From positions 447 through 64,446 of the forward strand of contig JBBIIE010000006.1 in the NCBI GenBank assembly GCA_037446605.1: 64,000 nucleotides of DNA, written 5' to 3'. The position numbers were made by a program, and so were the translations under genes. This DNA comes from Geminicoccaceae bacterium. Its GTDB lineage: Bacteria; Pseudomonadota; Alphaproteobacteria; Geminicoccales; Geminicoccaceae. Under the pieces are notes generated by a model. The model worked only from the letters and a program-made list of their open reading frames with translations. It made no database searches and had not been told where the DNA came from. Every line of letters starts with the position of its first letter. Position 1 is the first letter of the stretch. This document shows, in pieces, positions 52,352-61,063 of the stretch.

Positions 52352-53560
52352 ATGGCTGACGGTTCGGGACATGCGGGCGGGATGCTCTCGGGCATCACGG
52401 TGATCGATCTGACGCGAGTGTTGGGCGGGCCGTTCTGTACCCAGATCCTGGGCGATCACGGCGCGGACGTCATCAAGGTCGAGCCGCCGCAGGGAGACGA
52501 GGTACGCGATTGGGGCCCGCCCTTTCTCGACGGAGATGCCTCCTATTTCATCGGGGTCAATCGCAACAAGCGATCGATCGGGATCGATCTGACCAAGCCG
52601 GCCGGGCGTGAGCTGCTCCTCTCCCTCCTGTCGACGGCGGACGTCCTCATCGAGAACATGAAGCCCGGCACCCTGGACGGGTGGGGCCTCGGCCGTGCGA
52701 TGCTCGACGAGCGGTTCCCGCGGCTCGTCCACTGCAGCATCACCGGCTTCGGGCCGGACGGACCCCTGGGCGGCCGTCCCGGCTACGACGCCGTGATCCA
52801 GGGCCTCGTCGGCATGTTCTCGATCAACGGGGCGCCGGAGTGCGGCCCGACGCGCATCGGCATCCCCTTGGTCGACATCGGAACCGGGCTCTACGCCGCG
52901 ATCGCGATCCTGATGGCGCTCGTCGAGCGGCAGCGCTCCGGCCGCGGCCAGCATCTGGACGTCAGCCTGTTCGATTGTGGTCATGCGATGATGCACCCCC
53001 ACGCGGCCAACTATTTCCTGTCGGGGGTGGAGCCGAAGCTCACCGGAAGCGCGCATCCGAACATCAGTCCCTACGATACCTATCGCACCGCAACGGTTCC
53101 GCTGTTCCTGGCGGTCGGAAACGAGCGCGCCTTCCGCCGGCTCTGCGAGATCGTCGGCGTGCCCGGGCTCGCCACGGACCCGCGCTTCGCGACCAACGCC
53201 GAACGCGTGGTCAATCGGATCGAGCTCAAGGTGGCGCTCGAGGATGCGCTCTCCCGCCACGATGGAGCGCAACTCTGGCAGAAGCTCATCGACGCGGGCG
53301 TTCCTGCGGGTCCGTTGTTCGGCCTGCGTGCCGCCGTGGAGCATCCGCACACGCGGCATCGGAACGTGGTGGTCGAGCGCGGGCCCTACCGGGCGATGGG
53401 TACGCCGATCAAGCCCTCCCGCAGCGAAGCGGTCTTCGACCACGTGCCGCCGCGGTTCGCCGAGCATACCGACGAAGTGCTGGCGCGCGGCGCGGTGAGC
53501 GCCGAGCTGAAAGCGCGGGCAACGGAGACCGACGCCCTGCCCCGCCGCCGTCGCCGCTAG
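52352..53560 (+). CDS. CoA-transferase family III (CaiB/BaiF/Frc) protein
   Basis: LSGITVIDLTRVLGGPFCTQILGDHGADVIKVEPP.GD..R, DVLIENMKPGT, GYDAVIQGLVGMFSING, HPNISPYDTY are family III CoA-transferase motifs. Confidence 0.88.
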   Translation: MADGSGHAGGMLSGITVIDLTRVLGGPFCTQILGDHGADVIKVEPPQGDEVRDWGPPFLDGDASYFIGVNRNKRSIGIDLTKPAGRELLLSLLSTADVLIENMKPGTLDGWGLGRAMLDERFPRLVHCSITGFGPDGPLGGRPGYDAVIQGLVGMFSINGAPECGPTRIGIPLVDIGTGLYAAIAILMALVERQRSGRGQHLDVSLFDCGHAMMHPHAANYFLSGVEPKLTGSAHPNISPYDTYRTATVPLFLAVGNERAFRRLCEIVGVPGLATDPRFATNAERVVNRIELKVALEDALSRHDGAQLWQKLIDAGVPAGPLFGLRAAVEHPHTRHRNVVVERGPYRAMGTPIKPSRSEAVFDHVPPRFAEHTDEVLARGAVSAELKARATETDALPRRRRR

Positions 53561-54249
53561 ACCCCCAGCCGGGCGTGCAGCGATTCCTGGTCCGCCAGCA
53601 GGTCCGCAGGCGGTCCGACCCACGCGACCCGACCCTTCTCGAGGATGTAGAAGCGGTCGGCCAGGGGCGCCAAGGCACGCACGTTCTTGTCGACGATCAG
53701 GATGGACTGTCCCCTCGACTTGAGCTCGCCCAACACGGTCCAGATGTCTCGGCGGACCAGCGGCGCGAGCCCTTCGGTGGCCTCGTCCAGCATCAGCAAT
53801 CGAGGATTTGTCATCAGAGCCCGACCGATCGCGAGCATCTGCTGCTCCCCGCCGGAAAGGCGATCGGCCGCTTGGCCGAACCGCTCGGACAGTCGAGGAA
53901 ACAGCCCGAGCACATCGTCGAGCACCCACCCCGCTCCACGATCGCGCGGCGGGCGCGCCGCCACGAGCAGGTTCTCGCGCACCGAGAGGTTGGCGAAGAC
54001 CTGCCGTCCCTCCGGAACCAGGCCGATCCCGAGGCCTGCGATCCGGGCTGGCTGCTCCCCGTCGATTCGCCGTCCGTCGAAGTGGATCGAGCCCCGCCAA
54101 GTCCGCAGGCGGCCCATGATCGTGAGGAGCGTGGTCGTCTTGCCCATGCCGTTGCGGCCCAGGAGGCCCACGACCTCGCCGTGCCGCACCTCCAGGCTCA
54201 CGTCGAACAGGACCTGACCGGAAGGATAGCCGGTCGCGAGGTCGATCAC
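53557..54249 (-). CDS. HAAT-family ABC ATP-binding protein, LivF-like
   Basis: GRNGMGKTTTLLTIMG, GIGLVPEGRQVFANLSVRENL, LSGGEQQMLAIGRAL, LMLDEATEGLAP. The start is set at GTG 54249 because the longer track ORF would run through the tRNA-Pro gene. Confidence 0.85.
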   Translation of the reverse strand: MIDLATGYPSGQVLFDVSLEVRHGEVVGLLGRNGMGKTTTLLTIMGRLRTWRGSIHFDGRRIDGEQPARIAGLGIGLVPEGRQVFANLSVRENLLVAARPPRDRGAGWVLDDVLGLFPRLSERFGQAADRLSGGEQQMLAIGRALMTNPRLLMLDEATEGLAPLVRRDIWTVLGELKSRGQSILIVDKNVRALAPLADRFYILEKGRVAWVGPPADLLADQESLHARLGV

Positions 54250-54271
54250 CTCGAGGAGCTTGGCTGGCGGG

Positions 54272-54348
54272 TGGTCGGGGCGGCGTGATTTGAACACGCG
54301 ACATCCAGCTCCCAAAGCTGGCGCTCTACCAGGCTGAGCTACGCCCCG
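54272..54348 (-). tRNA. tRNA-Pro (anticodon UGG)
   Basis: The minus strand reads CGGGGCG-TA-GCTC-AGCCTGGTA-GAGC-G-CCAGC-TTTGGGA-GCTGG-ATGTC-GCGTG-TTCAAAT-CACGC-CGCCCCG-A-CCA. This is a perfect cloverleaf of 77 nt with encoded CCA and anticodon TGG at positions 34-36. Confidence 0.92.
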
Positions 54349-54582
54349 GCGTGCCAGGATCTAGGCGATCGCCCGGGGACCTGCAATCGCGCGGCCGAGC
54401 CCCGGCGGCACCGGTCCGGCAGCGCGAGGATCGGCCGACCGTCGCTCCGATAGGTCCCTACTTGCGCCGCCGCCCTCGTCGCGCGGCGGTTGCTGGCGGC
54501 ACGGCCCGGTGCGGCGCCCGATCCCGCTCGGCCGCGTGCCGACGAACCTCCAGCCGAGCAGGTTGTTCCGGATCTGCCCCGT

Positions 54583-55158
54583 TCAACGCGGATGGCCGCC
54601 ATCATGGACCTCTTGCGAACCCACCCGGCCCGGCTCTCGATTCGGAGCCGGCTCCGCGACCGCCTCGATCCGCGAGCCGTCGTGGCGGCGGATCTCGCCG
54701 GCCGGGAGAGGTGTCGGTCGTCCGTCGAGGTAGCGCCACTGCACACGCGCCGGTTGCTCACCCGGCATGACGATCGTCGGCGGCACGACCTCGAACCCGA
54801 AGCGGCGATAATAGTCTCGGTCGCCCACCAGGAAGACGAGATGCCAGCCCAGGTCTGCCGCGCGAGCGAGGCTCTCGAAGACGAGGGCGCGTCCGATACG
54901 TTCGTCGCCATGGCTGGGATCGGTCGCGACCGGTCCCAAGAGGAGGGCGGGCTCGTGCTCCAGGCGGACCGGCCAGTAGCGGATCGTTCCGACGAGCCGG
55001 CCTGCCTCCTCGGCCACGAGGCAGAGCTCGTCCACGCGCGGCACCTGCCTGCGATATCGATAGGAGACCTTGCTCCGTCGATCGGGCCCGAACGCCGCGT
55101 CGAGGAGGGCCTCGACGGAAGCCGCGTCACTGGGCCGTTCGTTCCGGATCAGAAGCAT
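54583..55158 (-). CDS. GNAT family N-acetyltransferase
   Basis: MLLIRNERPSDAASVEALLDAAFG...LLLGPVATDPSHGDERIGRALV...LVGDRDYYRRFGF is a YhbS-like GNAT pattern. Confidence 0.8.
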   Translation of the reverse strand: MLLIRNERPSDAASVEALLDAAFGPDRRSKVSYRYRRQVPRVDELCLVAEEAGRLVGTIRYWPVRLEHEPALLLGPVATDPSHGDERIGRALVFESLARAADLGWHLVFLVGDRDYYRRFGFEVVPPTIVMPGEQPARVQWRYLDGRPTPLPAGEIRRHDGSRIEAVAEPAPNREPGRVGSQEVHDGGHPR

Positions 55159-55345
55159 GGGAGCTGGGCCGTGGGATCGGGGGCGGGTCGACCGCCACCC
55201 TAGGCCGAGCTCGACTGGACGACAGTGCTCGGCTCAGGGCGTCGGCATGGGGGTCGGGGTTCGACGCCGTCGTCGATCCCGCGCGAAGCCTGCCGCTTCC
55301 TGACGCCCGAGCATGCCCCTCGCCCTACCAGTCGACGGCCGCGTG

Positions 55346-55906
55346 TCAAGCCGTGAGGGTGATCTCGGCCGCACGGTCCGCCGAGGGATTGAACACGGTC
55401 ACCAACGGCTCCGATCGTCCGGCGAGCTCGAGGCTTCGCCGGAGCACCCAGTGAACGGTCGGGAAGGCGAGATCGGCCCAGGGTATCTCGCTCCACTCCA
55501 CCAACCGCACTTCGAGGCTCTCCGCGCCGGCCTTGATGTCCGGATCGAGCAGTTTGGCCCGATACAGGAGCTGGACCTGCTCGACTCGCGGCACGCTGTA
55601 CACGGCGAGGAGGCCGTCGATGGCGATCCGGGCCCCGGCTTCCTCCCAGGCCTCCCGGAGCGCTCCTTCCTCGGCCGTCTCGCCGAGCTCCAGGAAGCCC
55701 GCCGGAATCGTCCAGAAACCGGCACGCGGCTCGATGGCGCGACGGCACAGGAGCAGCCTGTCGGCCCAGGTGCAGACGGCGCCGACCACGATCTTGGGAT
55801 TGCGGTAGTGCACGACGCCGCAGGTGCCGCACACGTGGCGGTCGCGATCGTCCCCGGGGGGGCGCTGGAGCTCCAGCGTGCCGCCGCAGGCGCCGCAGAA
55901 CCGCAT
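55346..55906 (-). CDS. NUDIX hydrolase with N-terminal zinc ribbon
   Basis: MRFCGACGG...HVCGTCG (C4 ribbon), then the Nudix box [22 protein letters not shown]. Confidence 0.85.
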   Translation of the reverse strand: MRFCGACGGTLELQRPPGDDRDRHVCGTCGVVHYRNPKIVVGAVCTWADRLLLCRRAIEPRAGFWTIPAGFLELGETAEEGALREAWEEAGARIAIDGLLAVYSVPRVEQVQLLYRAKLLDPDIKAGAESLEVRLVEWSEIPWADLAFPTVHWVLRRSLELAGRSEPLVTVFNPSADRAAEITLTA

Positions 55907-55914
55907 GGCACGCC

Positions 55915-56115
55915 CTACTCTTGCCGTCGGGGGCGCGGACCGAAGAGCGCTTCGGCCGCGCTGCGGACCGACTCCCGCCGCGAGAGTTCGGCCTCGACGC
56001 GAGCGATCTCGCTGCGCAGCGCCTCCCGATACTCGGCGAGGTCGGTCACGGACAGCCCCTCGAGTGGCCGCGGCAGGGTCGGGACCTGCTTCGGGCGAGA
56101 CTGCTCCTCCTCCAC
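55915..56115 (-). CDS. DUF1192 domain-containing protein
   Basis: [41 protein letters not shown] is the DUF1192 coiled-coil signature. The start is set at GTG 56115 (GAGGAG RBS). The track ORF start GTG 56202 is an alternative. Confidence 0.65.
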   Translation of the reverse strand: MEEEQSRPKQVPTLPRPLEGLSVTDLAEYREALRSEIARVEAELSRRESVRSAAEALFGPRPRRQE

Positions 56116-56242
56116 GCCGTCCTCCTCAGACCGGCTCGGCACCGACGGTCGGGCCTTCGAGATCAAGCCGGAAGCCCCCGGACTTGACAAGTCCGCGAGC
56201 ACCTTGGCACCTCGCGCCGGAGCCGGTCGGAGCCGTGGCGCG

Positions 56243-56725
56243 GTGAGCGAGCGGGCGATTCGCTACTTTCCCGTGTCCTGGGAGCAGCTGCACCGAGACG
56301 CCAAGGCCCTCGCCTGGCGGCTGGCGGACCTTGGCCCGTTCGAGCGGATCATCGCGGTGACGCGTGGCGGGTTGGTGCCGGCACACATCATCGCGCGCGA
56401 GCTCGATATTCGGATCATCGATACGATCTGCATCAGCTCCTACGACGAGACGTCGCAACGCGACGCCGTGGTTCTCAAGTCCGTCGCCGGCAACGGGCGC
56501 GGCTGCCTGATCGTGGACGACCTCGTGGATACCGGCACGACCGGACGTATCGTGCGGGAGATGCTGCCCCAGGCGCACTTCGCGACGGTCTATGCGAAAC
56601 CCGCGGGACGCCCGATCGTCGACACCTTCATCACCGAGGTGAGCCAGGATACCTGGATCCTGTTCCCTTGGGACACGGAGCCCCGCTACGCGCAGCCGAT
56701 CGCCAAGACTCGGAACGATCGCTGA
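56243..56725 (+). CDS. gpt: Xanthine-guanine phosphoribosyltransferase
   Basis: GTG 56243: [26 protein letters not shown]...[22 protein letters not shown]...[12 protein letters not shown]...WILFPWD is Gpt-type. Confidence 0.9.
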   Translation: MSERAIRYFPVSWEQLHRDAKALAWRLADLGPFERIIAVTRGGLVPAHIIARELDIRIIDTICISSYDETSQRDAVVLKSVAGNGRGCLIVDDLVDTGTTGRIVREMLPQAHFATVYAKPAGRPIVDTFITEVSQDTWILFPWDTEPRYAQPIAKTRNDR

Positions 56726-56749
56726 GCCGGTCGGGCCCGCAGTCGGGTT

Positions 56750-58330
56750 TCAGTCGATCGCCACCTTCGGCGTGTTCGCCGCCAGAGGCCCTGTGCTCGT
56801 CAGGCGGGCGGACGCGTCGTCGCGTCGGACGCTCGCGGTTCGCTTGCCGGTGAAAGCAGTGCGCTCGGCGCGATCGTGTGCGTACAGGTCGGGCAGGAGC
56901 CGTAGCCGCCCATCGGGGTCCAGGTCCATCGTCCGATAGTCCAGGAAGACCGGCACGGGATCGACCAGCTCGATCCGACGCGTTCGACGCGTCGCGAAGG
57001 CCTGCTCGAGGCGAGCCGCATCCCAGCCCTGCTCGGCCAGGAGCGCCAGGGCGAGCTCCGCTGGTTTCTCCACGCGCACGCACCCGTGGCTCAGGGCCTG
57101 ATCCGCCCGACCGAAAAGTCCCCGCTGGGCCGTGTCGTGGAGGTAGACGGCGTGGTGGTTCGGGAAGACGAACTTGAACCGCCCGAGCGCGTTCTCGGGG
57201 CCCGGACGCTGAACGAGCTGGGTCCGGCCGCTTTCCGTCGTCCTCCAGACGAACCCGGCGCGCTCCAGATAGCCCGGCTCCCGCGCCGCGCGCTCCAATA
57301 CCTCCTTCACGATGCTGGGTGGCACATACCAGGAGGGGTCGAGCTCGACATGGCGGATGACGTCGTCGAACACCGGGGTCGGCGTCTTGTCGTCGCCAAC
57401 GATCACACGCGAGCGGAGCACGACGGAGCCGTTCTCGACGAGCCGGAGTTCGAAAGCCGGAATGTTGACCTCGACGTACCGCCGGAGCTCGGAGCGAGGC
57501 TCCAGGCCCTCCGCGCGGGCGATGTTGAGACGCAAGCGAGCGAGCTGCTGGCCGATCGGCTCGTTCAACGCCGCGAGCGTCCTCGTCCCCGCGACACCGT
57601 CGGCCGCGAGCGCGTGACGTGCCTGGAACCGCCTGACGGCCTGCTTGAGCGCGCTGTCCGGCACATCAGCGCCAAGATAGCGTGCGGACAGATCGAGGGA
57701 CTGGATCAGTCGGAGCGCGAGCTGGCGGTTGTCCGCGACGATCCGTCGGCGCGTGGGGAGCTCGCTCCCCTCGGCATCCGCGGCCTCGAGTGCCGCAGGC
57801 TCGATCTCCACCTCCAGCCGCGATCCGACCGGGCGCCACCCGCCGAGCGCCTCGACGATCGCGAGCTCGAGCGCGGCGAGCGAGAGCTCTCCCGTCCCGA
57901 TCCCTTGGTCCAGGACCGAAGTCGCGCGCCGGACGGCGCCTGGATCGATCGGTGCCGATGCGGCCCGACGGCGGGACAGGTAGCCGAGCCAGGCGCGGCC
58001 GAGCAGTCGATCGGCGCGTCCTGCCGACGGGGGATCCTGCGCGGCGAATGCCTGCTCCAAGGTGACCGTATCGGCTCCGGCCTGGGGATCGAGACGCCGC
58101 TCGCGCGCCAGCAGTGCCAGAGCGGCGGTGCGCCGCACGTCCGCGCGATCCGAGCCGAACCAGACCTCCGTCGCCTCCTCGGAACGGAGCGCCCGCAGTC
58201 CCGCCTCGTGGCCGGCGTTGGAGGGAGCCGGTTGGCGCGGCGTCGCCTCACGCCCGGAGCGTGCTTGGGCGGTGGAGCCGACCACGAAGGCGGCCAGCAG
58301 CGCGAGGCAGACGAGCGCGGGTCTCGGCAC
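56750..58330 (-). CDS. L,D-transpeptidase (YcbB-like) with peptidoglycan-binding domain
   Basis: Signal peptide; PG_binding_1 (LKQAVRRFQARHALAADGVAGTRTLAALN); YkuD domain (VNIPAFELRLVENG...FVFPNHHAVYLHDT...SHGCVRVE). Confidence 0.85.
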   Translation of the reverse strand: MPRPALVCLALLAAFVVGSTAQARSGREATPRQPAPSNAGHEAGLRALRSEEATEVWFGSDRADVRRTAALALLARERRLDPQAGADTVTLEQAFAAQDPPSAGRADRLLGRAWLGYLSRRRAASAPIDPGAVRRATSVLDQGIGTGELSLAALELAIVEALGGWRPVGSRLEVEIEPAALEAADAEGSELPTRRRIVADNRQLALRLIQSLDLSARYLGADVPDSALKQAVRRFQARHALAADGVAGTRTLAALNEPIGQQLARLRLNIARAEGLEPRSELRRYVEVNIPAFELRLVENGSVVLRSRVIVGDDKTPTPVFDDVIRHVELDPSWYVPPSIVKEVLERAAREPGYLERAGFVWRTTESGRTQLVQRPGPENALGRFKFVFPNHHAVYLHDTAQRGLFGRADQALSHGCVRVEKPAELALALLAEQGWDAARLEQAFATRRTRRIELVDPVPVFLDYRTMDLDPDGRLRLLPDLYAHDRAERTAFTGKRTASVRRDDASARLTSTGPLAANTPKVAID

Positions 58331-58476
58331 CGTGGAGAGCTCCGATGCGGACGCATCGGCCAGTTAGAGGAGCTACCGGGCGCCGCCAAGTGCACGATGG
58401 CCTCGGTCCTACCCCGGGGCGAGGGCGATGTGCGGACGCGCAGGGGCGGTGTGCGGACGAGCGCCGCCCGGGTCGA

Positions 58477-59097
58477 TCAGGTGACGGGCAGCATGACGTG
58501 CGTACGGTAGGCGGCACGGTCTCGCAGCCGCTCGAACCAAGCCTCCAGATGGGGTTGCTCGGGGCGCTCGGTCGGCAGGTTGCGGTAGCGCCACCAGGCA
58601 CAGCCGACCGGTATGTCGCCCATGGTCAGTGCCGCCCCGGCGACGAAGGGCCGATCGGCCAAGTGGTCGTCGAGCAAGCCCCAGATCGGGCCGAGGCGCT
58701 CCGCCGCCGCGTGAACCGCGCTCATGTCGCGACGTTCGGGCGGGGTCCGGATCGTTTGCCAGAAAACGACCGACAGGTCCGGCATGAGGGTCGTCAGCAT
58801 CCAGTCCATCCAGCGATCGGCCCGGGATCGTCCTTCCGGGTCGACCGGCCACAGGCCTCCGGGGCCGTATTTGGCAGCGAGATAGCGGACGCAGCTGTTC
58901 GACTCCCACACCACGGTCTCGCCGTCGCGGATGGTCGGGATCTTCCGATTCGGGTTCATCCGCCCGTACTCGGCCGAATCGAGACCGCCGAAGGCGCCGC
59001 CCGCATCGATCCTCTCGAACTCCAGGCCGAGCTCTCCCACGGTCCACATGACCTTCTGGACGTTGATCGAATTCGTCCGACCCCAGATCTTCAGCAT
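58477..59097 (-). CDS. Glutathione S-transferase (GstB/YliJ-like)
   Basis: From ATG 59097: MLKIWGRTNSINVQKVMW...NPNRKIPTIRDGETVVWESNSCVRYLA...FVAGAALTMGDIPVG. Confidence 0.85.
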   Translation of the reverse strand: MLKIWGRTNSINVQKVMWTVGELGLEFERIDAGGAFGGLDSAEYGRMNPNRKIPTIRDGETVVWESNSCVRYLAAKYGPGGLWPVDPEGRSRADRWMDWMLTTLMPDLSVVFWQTIRTPPERRDMSAVHAAAERLGPIWGLLDDHLADRPFVAGAALTMGDIPVGCAWWRYRNLPTERPEQPHLEAWFERLRDRAAYRTHVMLPVT

Positions 59098-59136
59098 GGA
59101 GACCCTCCGGCGAGCCACCCGGGCGGGCGCTCGCAC

Positions 59137-59892
59137 TCAGATGCAGCGTCCGCCGTCCACCTCGAGCGCGACGCCCGTCAGGAACTCGGCATCGTCCGAC
59201 GCCAGGAACAGCGCCGCGCGCGCCACGTCGAGGGGCGTCGAGAGACGTCCGAGCGGAACCGAGGCGCGGAACTTCTCCCGCAGCTCGGGTGTGTCGCCGC
59301 CCATGAAGGAGGGTAGCAGCGGCGTCTCGCCGGCCACCGGGCAGAGACAGTTGACCCTGATCTTGTACGGCGCGAGCTCGATCGCGAGCGCCTTGGTCGC
59401 GGTGATCGCGGCACCCTTCGAGGTATTGTACCAGACGAGGCCCGGGCGCGGGCGGATGCCGGCCGTCGAGGCGGTGGTCAGGATGACCCCGCCGCCCTGT
59501 GACCGCATCGGCGGCACGGCATGCTTGGCGGCCCAGAACAGCGCCTTGACGTTGACCGCCATGACGCGGTCGAAGTCGGCCTCGCTGACTTCGGTGCAGG
59601 GCTGGTTGCCGTGCGTGACCCCGGCATTGTTGACCAGGATGTCGAGCCGGCCGAAGCGCCCGATCGCCGTTCCGATCATCCGTGCGGTATCCTGGTCGCG
59701 GCTCACGTCGCCGGCGACCGGGACGGCGTTGCGGCGCCCGGCCGCCAGCACGCCCGCGACACGCTCGGCGGCCCGCCCGTCGATATCCGCGATCACCACC
59801 GCGGCCCCCTCGGCGGCGAAGAGCGTGGCGATGCCCTCGCCGAAGCCCTGGCCCGCGCCGGTGACGATCGCTACCTTCCCCTGCAGCCGCAT
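59137..59892 (-). CDS. SDR family oxidoreductase (FabG-like)
   Basis: From ATG 59892: KVAIVTGAGQGFGEGIA, NNAG, YNTSKGAA (YxxxK), DGG. Confidence 0.9.
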   Translation of the reverse strand: MRLQGKVAIVTGAGQGFGEGIATLFAAEGAAVVIADIDGRAAERVAGVLAAGRRNAVPVAGDVSRDQDTARMIGTAIGRFGRLDILVNNAGVTHGNQPCTEVSEADFDRVMAVNVKALFWAAKHAVPPMRSQGGGVILTTASTAGIRPRPGLVWYNTSKGAAITATKALAIELAPYKIRVNCLCPVAGETPLLPSFMGGDTPELREKFRASVPLGRLSTPLDVARAALFLASDDAEFLTGVALEVDGGRCI

Positions 59893-60004
59893 GGCGCCCT
59901 CCCCCGCTTCGCCGACGATCAAGCCCCTCGGGTCGCGCCGGTCAAGCGCCCTCGGGGCGGGTCCCGCCGGGTCGTTGCTCGCGTCGGGCCGGCCATCGAT
60001 CCCG

Positions 60005-61063
60005 TCAATCGGGGATGAGGCATGTCCCGTGCGGCGCGAAGGTCGCGTACGCCGACGAGCCGGGTGTCAGCGGCCGCCCGACCTCGGGATCGACGACGAA
60101 GAGATCTCCCGCCTCGCTCTTCAGTTCGTATTCGATGTGGGAGCCCAGATAGGTCGCCTTGTCGACGGTGACCGGGAGGGCCGATGGCAGGGCCGAGGTC
60201 TCGAGACGCACGCCGTGCGGGCGGACCGCGAGCGTAGCTGGGCCAGGGGCGAGCCCACGGCTCGGCAGGTCGAGACGGACGGGGCCGAGCCGCACGGTGG
60301 CACGACCGGCCTCGACGCGCTCGATCTCGGCCGGAACGAGGTTGGCCTCGCCGATGAAGTCGGCGACGAACCGGGACACGGGCTCATCGTAGAGTTCTCG
60401 GGGTGTTCCGATTTGGGCGATCGCCGCCCGGTTCATCACGATGATCCGGTCGGAGACGGCGAGGGCCTCCGCTTGGTCGTGGGTGACGTAGACCGACGTG
60501 ATGCTGAGCTTCTGCTGCAGCTCGCGGATCTCCTCGCGCACGCGCCGCCTGAGCTTGGCGTCGAGGTTCGAAAGCGGCTCGTCGAAGAGTAGGACCTCGG
60601 GCTCGAGGACGATGGCACGGGCCACCGCGACGCGCTGCTGCTGGCCCCCCGAGAGCTCGGCGGGCAGCCGGCTTCCGAGACCCTGCAGGCCGACGAGCTC
60701 CAGGACGGCGGCCACCCGCTCGCGCACCTCGGCCTTGGGTCGCCCCGACACGGTGAGGCCGTAGCCGACGTTCTCGGCCACGGCCATGTGCGGGAAGAGC
60801 GCGTAGGATTGGAAGACCATGGCGACGTCGCGGGCCGTGGCCGGCAGCCGGGTGACGTCGCGCTCGCCGATCAGGATGCGGCCGGAGGTCGGATGCTCCA
60901 GACCGGCGATCATCCGGAGCGTCGTGGTCTTGCCGCAGCCGGAGGGGCCGAGGAGCGTCACGAGCTCGCCGGCCGGGATCACGAAGCTGACGTCGCGCAC
61001 CGCCACGACGCCGCCATAGTGTTTGCTCACACTCTCGAAGCGGACGGCCGAGGGCTGCCTCAT
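60005..61063 (-). CDS. ABC transporter ATP-binding protein (FbpC/AfuC/PotA type)
   Basis: From ATG 61063: [57 protein letters not shown], plus a C-terminal TOBE-like regulatory domain. ATGA overlap with the permease gene. Confidence 0.9.
   Translation of the reverse strand: MRQPSAVRFESVSKHYGGVVAVRDVSFVIPAGELVTLLGPSGCGKTTTLRMIAGLEHPTSGRILIGERDVTRLPATARDVAMVFQSYALFPHMAVAENVGYGLTVSGRPKAEVRERVAAVLELVGLQGLGSRLPAELSGGQQQRVAVARAIVLEPEVLLFDEPLSNLDAKLRRRVREEIRELQQKLSITSVYVTHDQAEALAVSDRIIVMNRAAIAQIGTPRELYDEPVSRFVADFIGEANLVPAEIERVEAGRATVRLGPVRLDLPSRGLAPGPATLAVRPHGVRLETSALPSALPVTVDKATYLGSHIEYELKSEAGDLFVVDPEVGRPLTPGSSAYATFAPHGTCLIPD

Noticed and set aside
54250-54315. The longer LivF reading frame starting at 54315 (MGAGCRVFKSRRPDHPPAK...).
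   Set aside because: Those codons are the reverse-strand reading of the tRNA-Pro gene body. The conserved LivF sequence begins after GTG 54249.
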